This document shows positions 45,496-55,445 of a DNA stretch of 64,000 nt, in pieces. The notes under the pieces are model-generated. The model worked only from the letters and a program-made list of their open reading frames with translations. It did not search any database and was not told where the DNA came from. This stretch comes from Flavobacteriales bacterium UBA6165 (lineage in GTDB: Bacteria; Bacteroidota; Bacteroidia; Flavobacteriales_D; Crocinitomicaceae), in contig DIUF01000019.1 of the NCBI GenBank assembly GCA_002422285.1, positions 5,421 through 69,420 of the forward strand. The letters run 5' to 3'. Each line of letters starts with the position of its first letter. The first letter of the stretch is position 1. The translations under genes and the position numbers were made by a program.

Positions 45496-48495
45496 TTAAG
45501 TCTTTGAAATCTGATCCAAAGATAGATTTTTAAAAATGATTTTCGAACCAGTTTCCAAATTTGACGCAATGATTAATTCGCCACCACAAGTTTCAATCCT
45601 GTGTTTCATATTATTTATTCCATTTCCGAGTTTTGGTTCTGCATAAAAACCAATCCCGTTATCAGCAATTGTTATGCATAAATTGTTGTGATTTATGTCA
45701 AGCGTGATTTGCACAAGTGTTGCTTGGGCGTGTTTATTTATATTGGTTAATGCTTCTTTAAAAGCAGGAATAACATTTTTAACGAAAAGAGCACTGCACA
45801 TATATTTTTCAGTACTCTTTATGTTGTTTTGGATTTCGTATTTTGTTTGTGTTTGACCAAAGTTAGATGCACAAATTTCTGTGAGTTTAACTATGAACAT
45901 CGGAAAATTTAGAGATTCATTTTTAAGTGACCAAACCACATTTGACAAATTATTAAGTAGTTCGACACAAGTATCCTTTATGGAGTTATTCAATGTCCCA
46001 ATGCTGCTCAAGTCGTTTTGTTTTTTTTCCATGAGCTGAGCAATGATCAGCATCTTGGAAAGCCCTCCACCCAATTCATCGTGCACGTCACGAGCTATTC
46101 TTAAACGCTCTAAATCGAGCTCACGTTGTTTTTGCATTTCGGCAATTACAAGATGGTATTTGCGCTTTTGATAGTATCTAACTAGTGCGGCCGTGAAAAT
46201 AAGAACGGCACCCATTGACAAAATGATGAACCACCATTTTTGGTAAAACATTGCAGGTACATAAAGGAATAAAACTGGTGTCGGTTTACTCCAATAACCG
46301 TAGGCGTTTTTGGAACGAACATACAAGGTGTAATTTCCGTGTGGAAGTTTTCCATATTCGAAAAACCCGTCACTTTTGTTGTTTGTCCAATCTAAATCGT
46401 AATTTTCTAGGAAGAATGAGTATTGGTTCAGTTCGCTCCAATGCGCATTTAAATTTACCACTTCACCGCTAATGAAACCCGAGTTTTGTTTAACCGTCAA
46501 TTGTGGTTGTTTGGGTGGCAAACCTGCAAAAATTTTCTCTTTATTGATATACAAACTTGTAAGTGTTGTTTGGCTCAACTGATTCTTTTGATAAGATTCA
46601 TTGAATACTGCTGGTGAAAATGCATTTATTCCAGATATTCCGCCAAAATAAATTTGGTTTTCATACTCGCAAAAAGCGCTAGAGTTGAATTCCATCGACT
46701 GTAAATTAAATGATTTTTCGAAAATATGGACAGTGTCATTAAAGATATATCCAAGGCCGTTGCTGCTGCTAAACCAAATTCGATTGAACGCGTCTTTTGC
46801 CAAATTGTAAGGAACAATCTTTTTGGTTTTACTGGTTCCAGTGAGCGATAAAGTGTCTTTGGATTTAAGCCTTTTGTTATAGAATTCAAACCCACCTTTG
46901 CCACTGACCAAAACACCGTCTTTATAGTCAATCACCGAAAAGTAAACCCCATCACTCAACTTTTCTGCATTTTTCAAACTTGGTTCGTTATTGACGTAAA
47001 AACCTTTTCGACCAGCTATCCAGTAACGACCTTCAATTTGAATCATACCAACAATCAGGTCATTTTGTTTAATTTCATCAATAAGTTTTTGCTGATTTCG
47101 TGATTCTAAAATAATGGTTTGGCTATATGAATCGAAATTCGTGCTTCTAGATATATTTAGCGTTATTATATGCGGATTGATTTTGATGAGACGCCCAGAA
47201 TGTATAACATCATTTTCATTTGGTTTCCAAAAATATTCAGTCTCAAGTTTTTCATTGAGTACCATAAGGGAATTCATGGTTAAGATCCAAATTCTATTGT
47301 CGTCGTCTACTTCTAAACTCAAAATGGAGCTTTGCTCGTTTAGATTATTAATCAATACACGCCTACCCAAACTGAGGTCGTGCGACATTCTCCAGAGCCC
47401 ATTTTTCACAGTACCTGCCCAAATGAAATTCTTACTTGCCGCAATAGTATTCGTGAATCCAATTTGTGCCTTTTGAAAATCGAAATGATTTGGGTTGTGT
47501 GTTAGTAATCCACAACCATCTGTCCCAATATACAAATTATCATCTTCGTCAAATTTTATAAACTTGACAATTGGAGTTAAAGTGTCTATATGCTTTCCGT
47601 CAAATTTGAATAATTCTACATCATGAACAAAGGTATCATCAAATTCAAAAAGGTTCATCTTTTCATAGTCAAATAACCATAAATGTTTGTTTTTTTGAAC
47701 AGAGCCGCAATATATTTTTTTGAAATCACTTGCTACAACAGTTTTTAATTCGTGATTCAATAGTTGCCAAATGCGGTTTTCTCCTATCACCAAGATGTCG
47801 TTTTTCATATCCTGAACTAATACAGGTGGGTGATTCGTAGTCAAAAGCCTCGTGTTTTTGAAGTTTTTGTCAAAAAGTTCTAAACCGGACGCATGCGGTA
47901 TCAGGATATTTCCCTCTTTTGTGAAAACCAAGCTTTTGGGTTCGAACGTAAATTTTTTAGAAAGTGAATCCAATCGAAGAAAAAAAATATGATTAAACAA
48001 TTTATACAAACAGAAGAAACTATGTTCTATTGACCAATAGAGGTGAACATTTTTAGAAGTCGAGCATAAATACAAAGGTTCAGACATTTCTGTATTGTAT
48101 AAGGATGTGAACTCAAATGTGTTTTGATTCAAAATCCCAATATCCTGAGATGTGCAAATCAATAGATGATTTGAATCCCAATGAGCTATTTGCCTAATGA
48201 TTGCTTGATTTGGTCGTTCGTTCTTTTCAACTTTAACAGAGTGTATGGTTTTTCCATCAAAGTAGTTTAATCCGCTTCCTGTGCCTATCCATGTGAGACC
48301 ATAGGAGTCTTTGAATACGCATGTAACCATGGATTGATTCAAACCATCTTCAACATTGTATTGATTGACTCTCATGCTCTTCCTAGACGCTATTGGATTA
48401 TTAAAGGCATGAGCATTGTCAATACGACAGAATAAAGCGCAAAACAAGAATGTACTAGAGTGGATAAAAAAGCACAAGATGTTTTTGATGTTCAC
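45496..48495 (-). CDS. Sensor histidine kinase with large periplasmic beta-propeller/Y_Y_Y region and HisKA_3-type kinase core
   Basis: About 740 aa of extracytoplasmic sequence contain reg-propeller-like repeats (WIGTGSGLNYFDG, WFSSSNGLGYI). A Y_Y_Y-like segment (GNYTLYVRSKNAYGYWS) and one TM follow. The H-box is IARDVHDELGGGLS and the ATPase motif is DNGIGF. Confidence 0.8.
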   Translation of the reverse strand: MNIKNILCFFIHSSTFLFCALFCRIDNAHAFNNPIASRKSMRVNQYNVEDGLNQSMVTCVFKDSYGLTWIGTGSGLNYFDGKTIHSVKVEKNERPNQAIIRQIAHWDSNHLLICTSQDIGILNQNTFEFTSLYNTEMSEPLYLCSTSKNVHLYWSIEHSFFCLYKLFNHIFFLRLDSLSKKFTFEPKSLVFTKEGNILIPHASGLELFDKNFKNTRLLTTNHPPVLVQDMKNDILVIGENRIWQLLNHELKTVVASDFKKIYCGSVQKNKHLWLFDYEKMNLFEFDDTFVHDVELFKFDGKHIDTLTPIVKFIKFDEDDNLYIGTDGCGLLTHNPNHFDFQKAQIGFTNTIAASKNFIWAGTVKNGLWRMSHDLSLGRRVLINNLNEQSSILSLEVDDDNRIWILTMNSLMVLNEKLETEYFWKPNENDVIHSGRLIKINPHIITLNISRSTNFDSYSQTIILESRNQQKLIDEIKQNDLIVGMIQIEGRYWIAGRKGFYVNNEPSLKNAEKLSDGVYFSVIDYKDGVLVSGKGGFEFYNKRLKSKDTLSLTGTSKTKKIVPYNLAKDAFNRIWFSSSNGLGYIFNDTVHIFEKSFNLQSMEFNSSAFCEYENQIYFGGISGINAFSPAVFNESYQKNQLSQTTLTSLYINKEKIFAGLPPKQPQLTVKQNSGFISGEVVNLNAHWSELNQYSFFLENYDLDWTNNKSDGFFEYGKLPHGNYTLYVRSKNAYGYWSKPTPVLFLYVPAMFYQKWWFIILSMGAVLIFTAALVRYYQKRKYHLVIAEMQKQRELDLERLRIARDVHDELGGGLSKMLIIAQLMEKKQNDLSSIGTLNNSIKDTCVELLNNLSNVVWSLKNESLNFPMFIVKLTEICASNFGQTQTKYEIQNNIKSTEKYMCSALFVKNVIPAFKEALTNINKHAQATLVQITLDINHNNLCITIADNGIGFYAEPKLGNGINNMKHRIETCGGELIIASNLETGSKIIFKNLSLDQISKT

Positions 48496-48563
48496 TGCAC
48501 ACTGTGTTAGAATGCCCGAAATTTAGAGATTTATCTCAATATAAAAAACTGATTTTTAACAGT

Positions 48564-50270
48564 CTATTTTAATTCTGCATTAAAAAATAGATTGCTTTCG
48601 TTCCCGACTGCATCTCTGGCAATAAGATTAAACTCATGTTTGCCTTTTTCGAGTTTCTCGATATTTGCAAAAAGCTCATTTCTCTTGTTCTCATATTCTA
48701 ATACATGATATTTACCATTAATATACAGTGCATAATATACCAAACCAGATTTATCGTCGCTGACTGTCCATGCCAAGCGTTTGATGGACTGAGGAGTTGT
48801 CAATATTTTGAATTTGGGTGTAAGTTTAGGAGCCACACTATCGACATCCAAAGAAAATGTCCCGAATGTTTTGCTTGAAGCGGTAAACCAATCGCTTTCC
48901 GATTTTCCAGTCAAATAGTTTTTTGCATCTGCCTGAAATAAAACGAGTTGCTTTTCTAATTTTTTGAGACGCTCTGGAATTCTCAACGCAATTTGTATTG
49001 AAAAATGTACAGGATCGTTATGATTTCCAAAAGTCAACTTGCCTGCATTGAATTTTAAAATCTTTTTCACAGGTTCATAAATACTGTTGGCAGGTATGAG
49101 GATTTTGTAGTCATTTTGTGCGAAAACATAACTGCTGTCTGGATAGAGATAATCTTTATGATAAATATCGAAGGCTGTGTTTTCAGCTCTAAGTTCTCCA
49201 AAAAGCGTTCGAATTACGAAAGACAAAACGCTGTTGTTTCCAACGATATCCGAGATTGAAAAACGGATATCATACAAATGATCAGGTTGCACACCTATTA
49301 TTCCCTTGCCGCGTGAATGGTCGTAAATTGGCAATTGATTGTGCACATTTCTGAAGTATTTATCAATTTTCTCCCGCGATTTTTTATAAGCTTCGTAATC
49401 CTTGTGAGTGTTGATTTGTCGAGTGGTTTCAAAATCCAGTCGATTCATCAATTGTTGGTGAACAGTGTCTGAATTTACGGTCAACACGCCTTTATAAATT
49501 CCGCATAAGTTTTCGGCGCCATTATACTTATCATGAGCAGCCAAAGCCAAACCAATTCCTCCATGTTCGGAGCAAAAATGTGCAGGAATATCTAAGGTAT
49601 CGTTGGGAATCGAGTAGCGACCATCTTTGAGTTTCACTGGGATTTGAATGCGATGCTCCGGAATGCGATACCCCTTGTCGCTTAGGGCATAAACAACCAA
49701 CTGCTGTATGTGTGGAGTTCGATTATCGGCAATCTTGAGAAATGAAAACAACAATGGATTCAAGGGGTTTTCTGTGCTTGTTTCTCTAATTTCAAAATGC
49801 AAATGTGGGGCAGTGGAGCTACCTGTGTTACCCGAAAGCGCTATAATTTCACCTTTTTTCACTTGCAAGGCATTGGTTGGAATCTGAATGTCAATTTCAA
49901 AAAATGCTGCTTCGTTATGCGCCAAAGTCGTGTAATCCGCAATTTTCCCAATAAAATCCTGGCAATGTGCATAAACACTCGTAATGCCCAGCTCAGGATG
50001 ATTCACATAAAGCACTTTGCCATAGCCAGTAGTCCCAACTCTGATGCGCGCCACATAGCCATCTGCAATGGAGTAGAGCTTGTATCCTTCCTTTCCATTG
50101 GTTTTGATATCGATGCCCGAATGAAAATGATTGGGTCGCAATTCGCCAAAATTTCCCGCCAATATGATAGGAATATCCATAGGCAAAGCCAAGTCTGCCT
50201 GATAATTGATAGTCGTTTGCTGCGTATTCAGCGCACCCCATAGCCATATTGTTCGAAGAAGTAAAACCAT
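48564..50270 (-). CDS. M23 family metallopeptidase with extended C-terminal region
   Basis: M23 motifs HFHSGIDI and GNTGSSTAPHLHFEI are present. The N-terminus and start are uncertain because the signal sequence is weak. Confidence 0.8.
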   Translation of the reverse strand: MVLLLRTIWLWGALNTQQTTINYQADLALPMDIPIILAGNFGELRPNHFHSGIDIKTNGKEGYKLYSIADGYVARIRVGTTGYGKVLYVNHPELGITSVYAHCQDFIGKIADYTTLAHNEAAFFEIDIQIPTNALQVKKGEIIALSGNTGSSTAPHLHFEIRETSTENPLNPLLFSFLKIADNRTPHIQQLVVYALSDKGYRIPEHRIQIPVKLKDGRYSIPNDTLDIPAHFCSEHGGIGLALAAHDKYNGAENLCGIYKGVLTVNSDTVHQQLMNRLDFETTRQINTHKDYEAYKKSREKIDKYFRNVHNQLPIYDHSRGKGIIGVQPDHLYDIRFSISDIVGNNSVLSFVIRTLFGELRAENTAFDIYHKDYLYPDSSYVFAQNDYKILIPANSIYEPVKKILKFNAGKLTFGNHNDPVHFSIQIALRIPERLKKLEKQLVLFQADAKNYLTGKSESDWFTASSKTFGTFSLDVDSVAPKLTPKFKILTTPQSIKRLAWTVSDDKSGLVYYALYINGKYHVLEYENKRNELFANIEKLEKGKHEFNLIARDAVGNESNLFFNAELK

Positions 50271-50389
50271 AGTTCAGAAAATACAAAGATGCTGCCAAAA
50301 AGAATGAATATTTTGCGATGTGGATAAGATTTTAAAAAAACATTAAAAACAGAAATGTCTAAAAACTAAATTCGCACAAATCAATTATC

Positions 50390-51379
50390 ATGAAAAATAG
50401 AATTTCACTTGCTTTGGGCGCAGTATTTTTGGGATTTACGACATCTGCACAAACCTACACGTTTTCCGTTGGGACAAATCCTTATGTTGAATTGGATAAT
50501 GCGATTTATCTGAGTCCAGAGGGTGAAGTATGGGATGATCCAGAATTTGAGTTCAATTTCCCTTTCGCTTTTGATTATTTTGGTGTGAATTTACCTGCAC
50601 TGACAGGGTCTTTTGGATTTGGTGCTGAATTGTTTGGAACCAATTTCAATTTACCTGTTCCAGTTTTAGTTCCTGTATTTTGCGATCCCATTGATTTAGG
50701 GTATATGACAGACGAATCGTTGTCTTCTATTTCTTATCAAGTTGTCGGAAGCGCTGGTAGTAGAATTCTCAAAGTTCAATGGAAGAATATAGGATTTTAT
50801 GGTCAAGTTGTAGACGATGTTACACCATTAGATTACATGAACTATCAGGCTTGGTTTTATGAAGGGTCGAACAGAATTGAAATTCGTTTTGGCCCCAGTG
50901 TAATTACAAATCCTTTTGAGCATTTCGATAATCCAGGGCCATCAGTATTCTTAATCTCTACCTATAATTTCGACACTGAACAATTGGGGAATTCCTATTA
51001 TCTATATGGAAATCCTGCTAATCCAACCATGGATTTGACAACGGATTCTCAAGTCCTTTTTACTTCAAACTTAGACGGCATCCCGTCAGACGGCCAGACT
51101 TACATTTTTACACCTGGTACACCAAGTGGGGTAGGATTAGAGAAAAATAATATTACATTCAGCATATTTCCAAATCCGAGTACATCATCAATTAATGTAT
51201 TGTCTTCCAATGATTTGGAAATAATTGAAATCCAAATTCTTGATATTTCAGGTCGGGTGGTGCAAACAATTTTTAATCCAGCTCAACAATTGAATATCGA
51301 AGATTTGAATGTTGGTCATTACATCATTAAAATTTCAACACAATTTGGAGAATATACAGAAAAGTTCATGAAACAATAA
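50390..51379 (+). CDS. Secreted protein with T9SS type A C-terminal sorting domain
   Basis: Signal peptide ...LGFTTSAQ. The C-terminus is FSIFPNPSTSSINVLS...LNVGHYIIKISTQFGEYTEKFMKQ. Confidence 0.75.
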   Translation: MKNRISLALGAVFLGFTTSAQTYTFSVGTNPYVELDNAIYLSPEGEVWDDPEFEFNFPFAFDYFGVNLPALTGSFGFGAELFGTNFNLPVPVLVPVFCDPIDLGYMTDESLSSISYQVVGSAGSRILKVQWKNIGFYGQVVDDVTPLDYMNYQAWFYEGSNRIEIRFGPSVITNPFEHFDNPGPSVFLISTYNFDTEQLGNSYYLYGNPANPTMDLTTDSQVLFTSNLDGIPSDGQTYIFTPGTPSGVGLEKNNITFSIFPNPSTSSINVLSSNDLEIIEIQILDISGRVVQTIFNPAQQLNIEDLNVGHYIIKISTQFGEYTEKFMKQ

Positions 51380-51400
51380 TTGCATAGCTTTTGAAAGATT

Positions 51401-51429
51401 AGCGCTCAGGACAACTGAGCGTTTTTTTT
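51401..51429 (+). terminator. Rho-independent terminator
   Basis: The 7-bp stem pairs cgctcag (51403-51409) with ctgagcg (51415-51421), with loop gacaa. A T8 run follows (51422-51429). Confidence 0.75.
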
Positions 51430-51509
51430 ATCTGAAATTCAGTTAAAATTAAAAATTATTTGTTTTCAACCAAAATTTTAGGGGGTGTGTTGAAAAAAAT
51501 GATAAAATA

Positions 51510-51542
51510 TTTGAGGCGACCCCTCTAAAAAATATACCTTTG
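51510..51542 (+). promoter_or_regulatory. Candidate Bacteroidota-type promoter of the GSIII gene (-33 TTTG / -7 TAnnTTTG)
   Basis: TTTG at 51510-51513 and TACCTTTG at 51535-51542, the latter ending 19 nt upstream of the ATG. This is a motif match only, in an AT-rich region. Confidence 0.3.
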
Positions 51543-51561
51543 CCGAAAAATTAACAAAATT

Positions 51562-53748
51562 ATGTCCTCAATCAGAAAGTTAGCCTTGCAAGAAGTGTAT
51601 AATCGTACACCGAAAACGCCAGAGTACAATGGCAAATTATCCGAGCTTTATGGTAAAAACGTGTTCCACAAAAGTGTGATGCGCGAATATTTGACCGAAG
51701 AAGCTTTTGAATCTGTTATGGCTGCTATCGACAATGGTGCAACTATCGATCGTCGTGTGGCCGACCAAGTGGCTTCTGCGATGAAAGATTGGGCTTTGTC
51801 TAAAGGTGCAACGCATTATACGCATTGGTTCCAACCTTTGACTGGCTCAACAGCGGAAAAGCATGATGCGTTTTTTCATCCTTTAGAAGCAGGAAAAGCC
51901 ATTGAACGTTTTTCTGGCGATTTGTTGATTCAGCAAGAGCCGGATGCGTCTTCTTTTCCAAATGGGGGCATTAGAAATACTTTTGAAGCACGTGGTTATA
52001 CCGCTTGGGATCCTTCTTCTCCAGCGTTTATCATCAGCAAAACACTTTGTATTCCAACCATTTTCATCGCATACACAGGCGAGGCTTTGGATTATAAAAT
52101 GCCATTTTTGAAGTCATTGACAGCCATCGAGCAAGCGGCTTTGGATGTTTGTCAGTATTTCGACAAAAACGTGAGCAAAGTGCAGGTTACATTGGGTTGG
52201 GAGCAGGAATATTTCTTGATTGACTCAGCTTTGTATAATGCACGTCCAGATATCATGATGACAGGAAGAGCTTTGTTTGGTCACGCGCCAGCCAAAGGAC
52301 AGCAGTTGGATGACCATTATTTTGGTTCTATTCCCGACCGCGTTTCTGCATTTATGAAAGAATTTGAAATGGAAGCCTTGAAATTGGGTATTCCAGTGAC
52401 AACGCGACACAATGAGGTGGCTCCCAACCAATTTGAATGTGCGCCTATGTTTGAAGAAGCTAATTTGGCCAATGACCACAACTTGTTATTGATGGATGTG
52501 TTGGAGAAATTTGCCCGCAAGCACGATTTCCGTTTGTTGTTGCACGAAAAGCCATTCAAAGGATTGAACGGTTCAGGAAAACACAACAACTGGGCAATGG
52601 CTACTGATACAGGTGTTAACTTGTTTAAACCCGGTAAAAATCCACGCAGCAACATGCAGTTTTTGACTTTCTTGGTAAACACCGTTGCAGCCATTCATGA
52701 AAACGCTGATTTGTTGCGCGCTTCCATTGCAGCTGAATCCAATGACCATCGTTTGGGTGCTAACGAAGCGCCACCAGCCATTATTTCAGTTTTCTTGGGT
52801 TCTTACTTAACTCAAGTTCTGGATGATTTGGAGAAAAGCGTAAAAGCTGGGAAAATGTCGCCAGAGGAAAAAACCGACTTGAAATTAAACATTGGGAAAA
52901 TTCCACAAATCTTGTTGGATAACACCGATAGAAACAGAACTTCACCATTTGCTTTCACTGGAAATAAATTTGAATTCAGAGCAGTGGGTTCATCTGCGAA
53001 CTGTGCATCTGCCTTGTTGGTGTTGAACTCTATTGTTGCCAAGCAATTGCGCGATTTTAAAACTGCTGTGGATGCGCGAATAGAAAAAGGTGATTCTAAG
53101 GATGAGGCCATTTTCAAAGAGTTGCAAGTGCTGATCAAGAAATCTAAATCTATCCGTTTCGAAGGCAATGGTTACGGACAAGAATGGGTGGAAGAAGCTG
53201 AAAGAAGAGGCTTGAGCAACATGAAAGACACGCCTCGCGCCTTGAAAGTAATTACAGAAAAGAAGACCATTGAACTTTTCAAAGAGTTGAACATTTTCTC
53301 AGAAGTTGAACTGCATGCCCGTCAAGAAATTCAATACGAGGCGTATGTGATGAAAGTTCAAATCGAAGGTCGCGTTATGGGCGATTTGGCTCAAAATCAT
53401 TTGATTCCAGCTGTAATTTCTTATCAAAACCGATTGATTGAAAACGTAAAAGGCATGATGGATGTGATGGGTGAAAAAGAAGCCAAAGAGCTTTGCAAAA
53501 CACAAATCGCGCTAATCAAAGACATCTCCAAGCACCTCAATCAGTTGAAAGATTTGACAGATAAAATGCTCGCTGAGCGCAAAGCTGCCAACAACATCGA
53601 AGATATGGAAGAACGCGCTTTGGCTTATTGCGACAAAGTGAAGCCTTACTTCGCTGATATCCGCTACCATGCCGATAAACTCGAACTTTTGGTAGATGAT
53701 GAGTTGTGGCCTTTGCCGAAGATGAGAGAATTGCTATTCACGAAATAG
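51562..53748 (+). CDS. glnN: Glutamine synthetase type III
   Basis: 728 aa, the length class characteristic of GSIII. The blocks EQEYFLID, NEVAPNQFE and HEKPFKGLNGSGKHNNWA are present. Confidence 0.9.
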   Translation: MSSIRKLALQEVYNRTPKTPEYNGKLSELYGKNVFHKSVMREYLTEEAFESVMAAIDNGATIDRRVADQVASAMKDWALSKGATHYTHWFQPLTGSTAEKHDAFFHPLEAGKAIERFSGDLLIQQEPDASSFPNGGIRNTFEARGYTAWDPSSPAFIISKTLCIPTIFIAYTGEALDYKMPFLKSLTAIEQAALDVCQYFDKNVSKVQVTLGWEQEYFLIDSALYNARPDIMMTGRALFGHAPAKGQQLDDHYFGSIPDRVSAFMKEFEMEALKLGIPVTTRHNEVAPNQFECAPMFEEANLANDHNLLLMDVLEKFARKHDFRLLLHEKPFKGLNGSGKHNNWAMATDTGVNLFKPGKNPRSNMQFLTFLVNTVAAIHENADLLRASIAAESNDHRLGANEAPPAIISVFLGSYLTQVLDDLEKSVKAGKMSPEEKTDLKLNIGKIPQILLDNTDRNRTSPFAFTGNKFEFRAVGSSANCASALLVLNSIVAKQLRDFKTAVDARIEKGDSKDEAIFKELQVLIKKSKSIRFEGNGYGQEWVEEAERRGLSNMKDTPRALKVITEKKTIELFKELNIFSEVELHARQEIQYEAYVMKVQIEGRVMGDLAQNHLIPAVISYQNRLIENVKGMMDVMGEKEAKELCKTQIALIKDISKHLNQLKDLTDKMLAERKAANNIEDMEERALAYCDKVKPYFADIRYHADKLELLVDDELWPLPKMRELLFTK

Positions 53749-53775
53749 TCTTTGTTAGACAAAATCAAATTTAGA

Positions 53776-53809
53776 ATCCGTCCCCAAGTAGCTTGGGGAC
53801 GGATTTTTT
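53776..53809 (+). terminator. Rho-independent terminator of glnN
   Basis: A perfect 13-bp stem pairs atccgtccccaag (53776-53788) with cttggggacggat (53792-53804), followed by TTTTT. Confidence 0.85.
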
Positions 53810-53992
53810 ACGTTTCAAGTTATTTCCAAATTATCAAACCCCCTAATGACATGATTTTGCTACAAATAGAAGAAAAGAATAATTTTACCAACGTTCAACC
53901 TTCACAATTAAACAACTCAGTCACTCTGATTCAGTAATTAATAATTCTAAATTCTTGCTTCAAAATTCTCGCCTCAAAATTCTCCATTCCTC

Positions 53993-54505
53993 ATGCTCCA
54001 AACACCCCGCCTCATCCTCCGCGAAATTCAACTTACTGATGCTGAAGACCTTTTTGAAATGGATTCAGACGCAGCTGTGCATCGATTTATTGAGAATAAA
54101 CCTGTGACCAAAATCGATGAAATCCATCAAGTAGTTGAAATGTTGCAAAAACAATACAAAGAGAATGGCATCGCGCGATGGGCTGTTGAAGACAAAATTT
54201 CTGGAGAATGTTTGGGTTGGTGTGGACTAAAATTTTTTCACGAACCGCTCAATGGTCATGTCAATTTCTATGAATTGGGTTACCGCTTCAAGCAAAAACA
54301 TTGGGGCAAAGGTTACGCCACAGAATCGGCTAGGGCAGTGCTGGACTACTCTTTTAAGAATTTTCCCATCGAAACAATTTATGCCATCACGCATCCTGAA
54401 AATGTCAATTCCAAAAATGTACTATTCAAACTCGGTTTTCGTTATATAGAGACTTTCGACTATGATGGCGATGAAACGGATTGGTTTGAGGTTAATCGAC
54501 CTTGA
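53993..54505 (+). CDS. GNAT family N-acetyltransferase (RimJ/RimL-like)
   Basis: 170 aa. The start RLILREIQLTDAEDLFE is typical of the family. The acetyl-CoA pocket is ...HWGKGYATESARAVLDYSF. Confidence 0.8.
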   Translation: MLQTPRLILREIQLTDAEDLFEMDSDAAVHRFIENKPVTKIDEIHQVVEMLQKQYKENGIARWAVEDKISGECLGWCGLKFFHEPLNGHVNFYELGYRFKQKHWGKGYATESARAVLDYSFKNFPIETIYAITHPENVNSKNVLFKLGFRYIETFDYDGDETDWFEVNRP

Positions 54506-54560
54506 ACAAAATAATGCGCGTGAGCAGTATCGAATAATGATTCGATTCTACATTCATCTT

Positions 54561-55445
54561 TTAACGGTTTATCCTCCTCAAATTCAAAACCAAAATCCCC
54601 AATAGAATCAACACAATTCCGGCGATTTGATACAGGTCAACTTCTTCCTGTAACAACCAAACCGCCATTACAACAGAAACAGGGATTTCCAGTGAAACCA
54701 AAATGCTACCAACACCAATTCCAGTTAAGGGAAAGCCTTTGTTCAGGAAAATGGGTGGGATGATGGTGCCAAACAAAGCCAAATAAACGCCCCAAGGCCA
54801 AAATACTGACCATTGAAAATCTCCTTGTAGTTTCAATAGCGCGAAAATTGTGACTACGATCCAAGCGCCGGTCATCATCCAAGCGCTTCGAAAGGCATTG
54901 CTCAAACCCAAACCAACACGATTGGCAGTGTATAACGTAACGGTATATGAAAATGCACCGAGTATGCCCCATATCAATCCTCTTGGGTCAAGAGTAGAAA
55001 AATTATTGATGGCTCCCGTTGCGAAAAATGTTCCTATCAAAACTATGATTACTGCAATGATTTTTAATGTGTTAGGGAACTTTTTCTCAAGAATGGCTTC
55101 GAGTAAAACGCCCATCCAAACAGATTGCATCAAAAGCACAATACAGATGGAAACATCGATGGTTTGTACCGCAGAATAATAGAACAATCCAGTAAATCCC
55201 AAAGAAGTTCCAGCGAAAACTAATTTGTAGATTTGGGACCTGTTTGACAATTTATTATCTTGATTTGCAACTGGTTTTTTGGTCAACAGGGTAAGTAGCC
55301 AAAGCACAACAAATCCGACAGAAAATTGAGCGAAAGTTACCTCAGAAACATCGTAACCTTGGTGGTACGAAAGCTTGACGATTGTTGCCAAAACGCCGTA
55401 AGACGCTGCACCGAGCAACACAAATAGAATGCCTTTTATTTTCAT
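54561..55445 (-). CDS. EamA/DMT superfamily transporter
   Basis: 294 aa with 10 predicted TM segments in a two-fold repeat pattern. Its ATG shares one nucleotide with the upstream regulator's stop (TAATG). Confidence 0.75.
   Translation of the reverse strand: MKIKGILFVLLGAASYGVLATIVKLSYHQGYDVSEVTFAQFSVGFVVLWLLTLLTKKPVANQDNKLSNRSQIYKLVFAGTSLGFTGLFYYSAVQTIDVSICIVLLMQSVWMGVLLEAILEKKFPNTLKIIAVIIVLIGTFFATGAINNFSTLDPRGLIWGILGAFSYTVTLYTANRVGLGLSNAFRSAWMMTGAWIVVTIFALLKLQGDFQWSVFWPWGVYLALFGTIIPPIFLNKGFPLTGIGVGSILVSLEIPVSVVMAVWLLQEEVDLYQIAGIVLILLGILVLNLRRINR

Noticed and set aside
49993-50298. 101-aa alternative-frame ORF overlapping the 5' end of the M23 peptidase gene, which might indicate a frameshifted or mis-started gene.
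   Set aside because: An in-frame TGA lies two codons upstream of the M23 ATG. The alternative frame has no signal-peptide-like or M23-like sequence. I saw no evidence of a frameshift, and only the exact start remains uncertain.
53752-53937. 61-aa ORF just after glnN.
   Set aside because: It reads straight through the strong glnN terminator hairpin (53776-53809). It starts at a non-ATG codon (TTG) and has no motif, so it is most likely non-coding.
53941-53992. Degenerate AAATTCT-type direct repeats immediately upstream of the GNAT start. TCAAAATTCTC occurs twice, at 53960-53970 and 53974-53984.
   Set aside because: The repeats are real in the sequence but short, AT-rich and only two good copies. 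They could be a regulator site or chance. This is not enough to call a feature.
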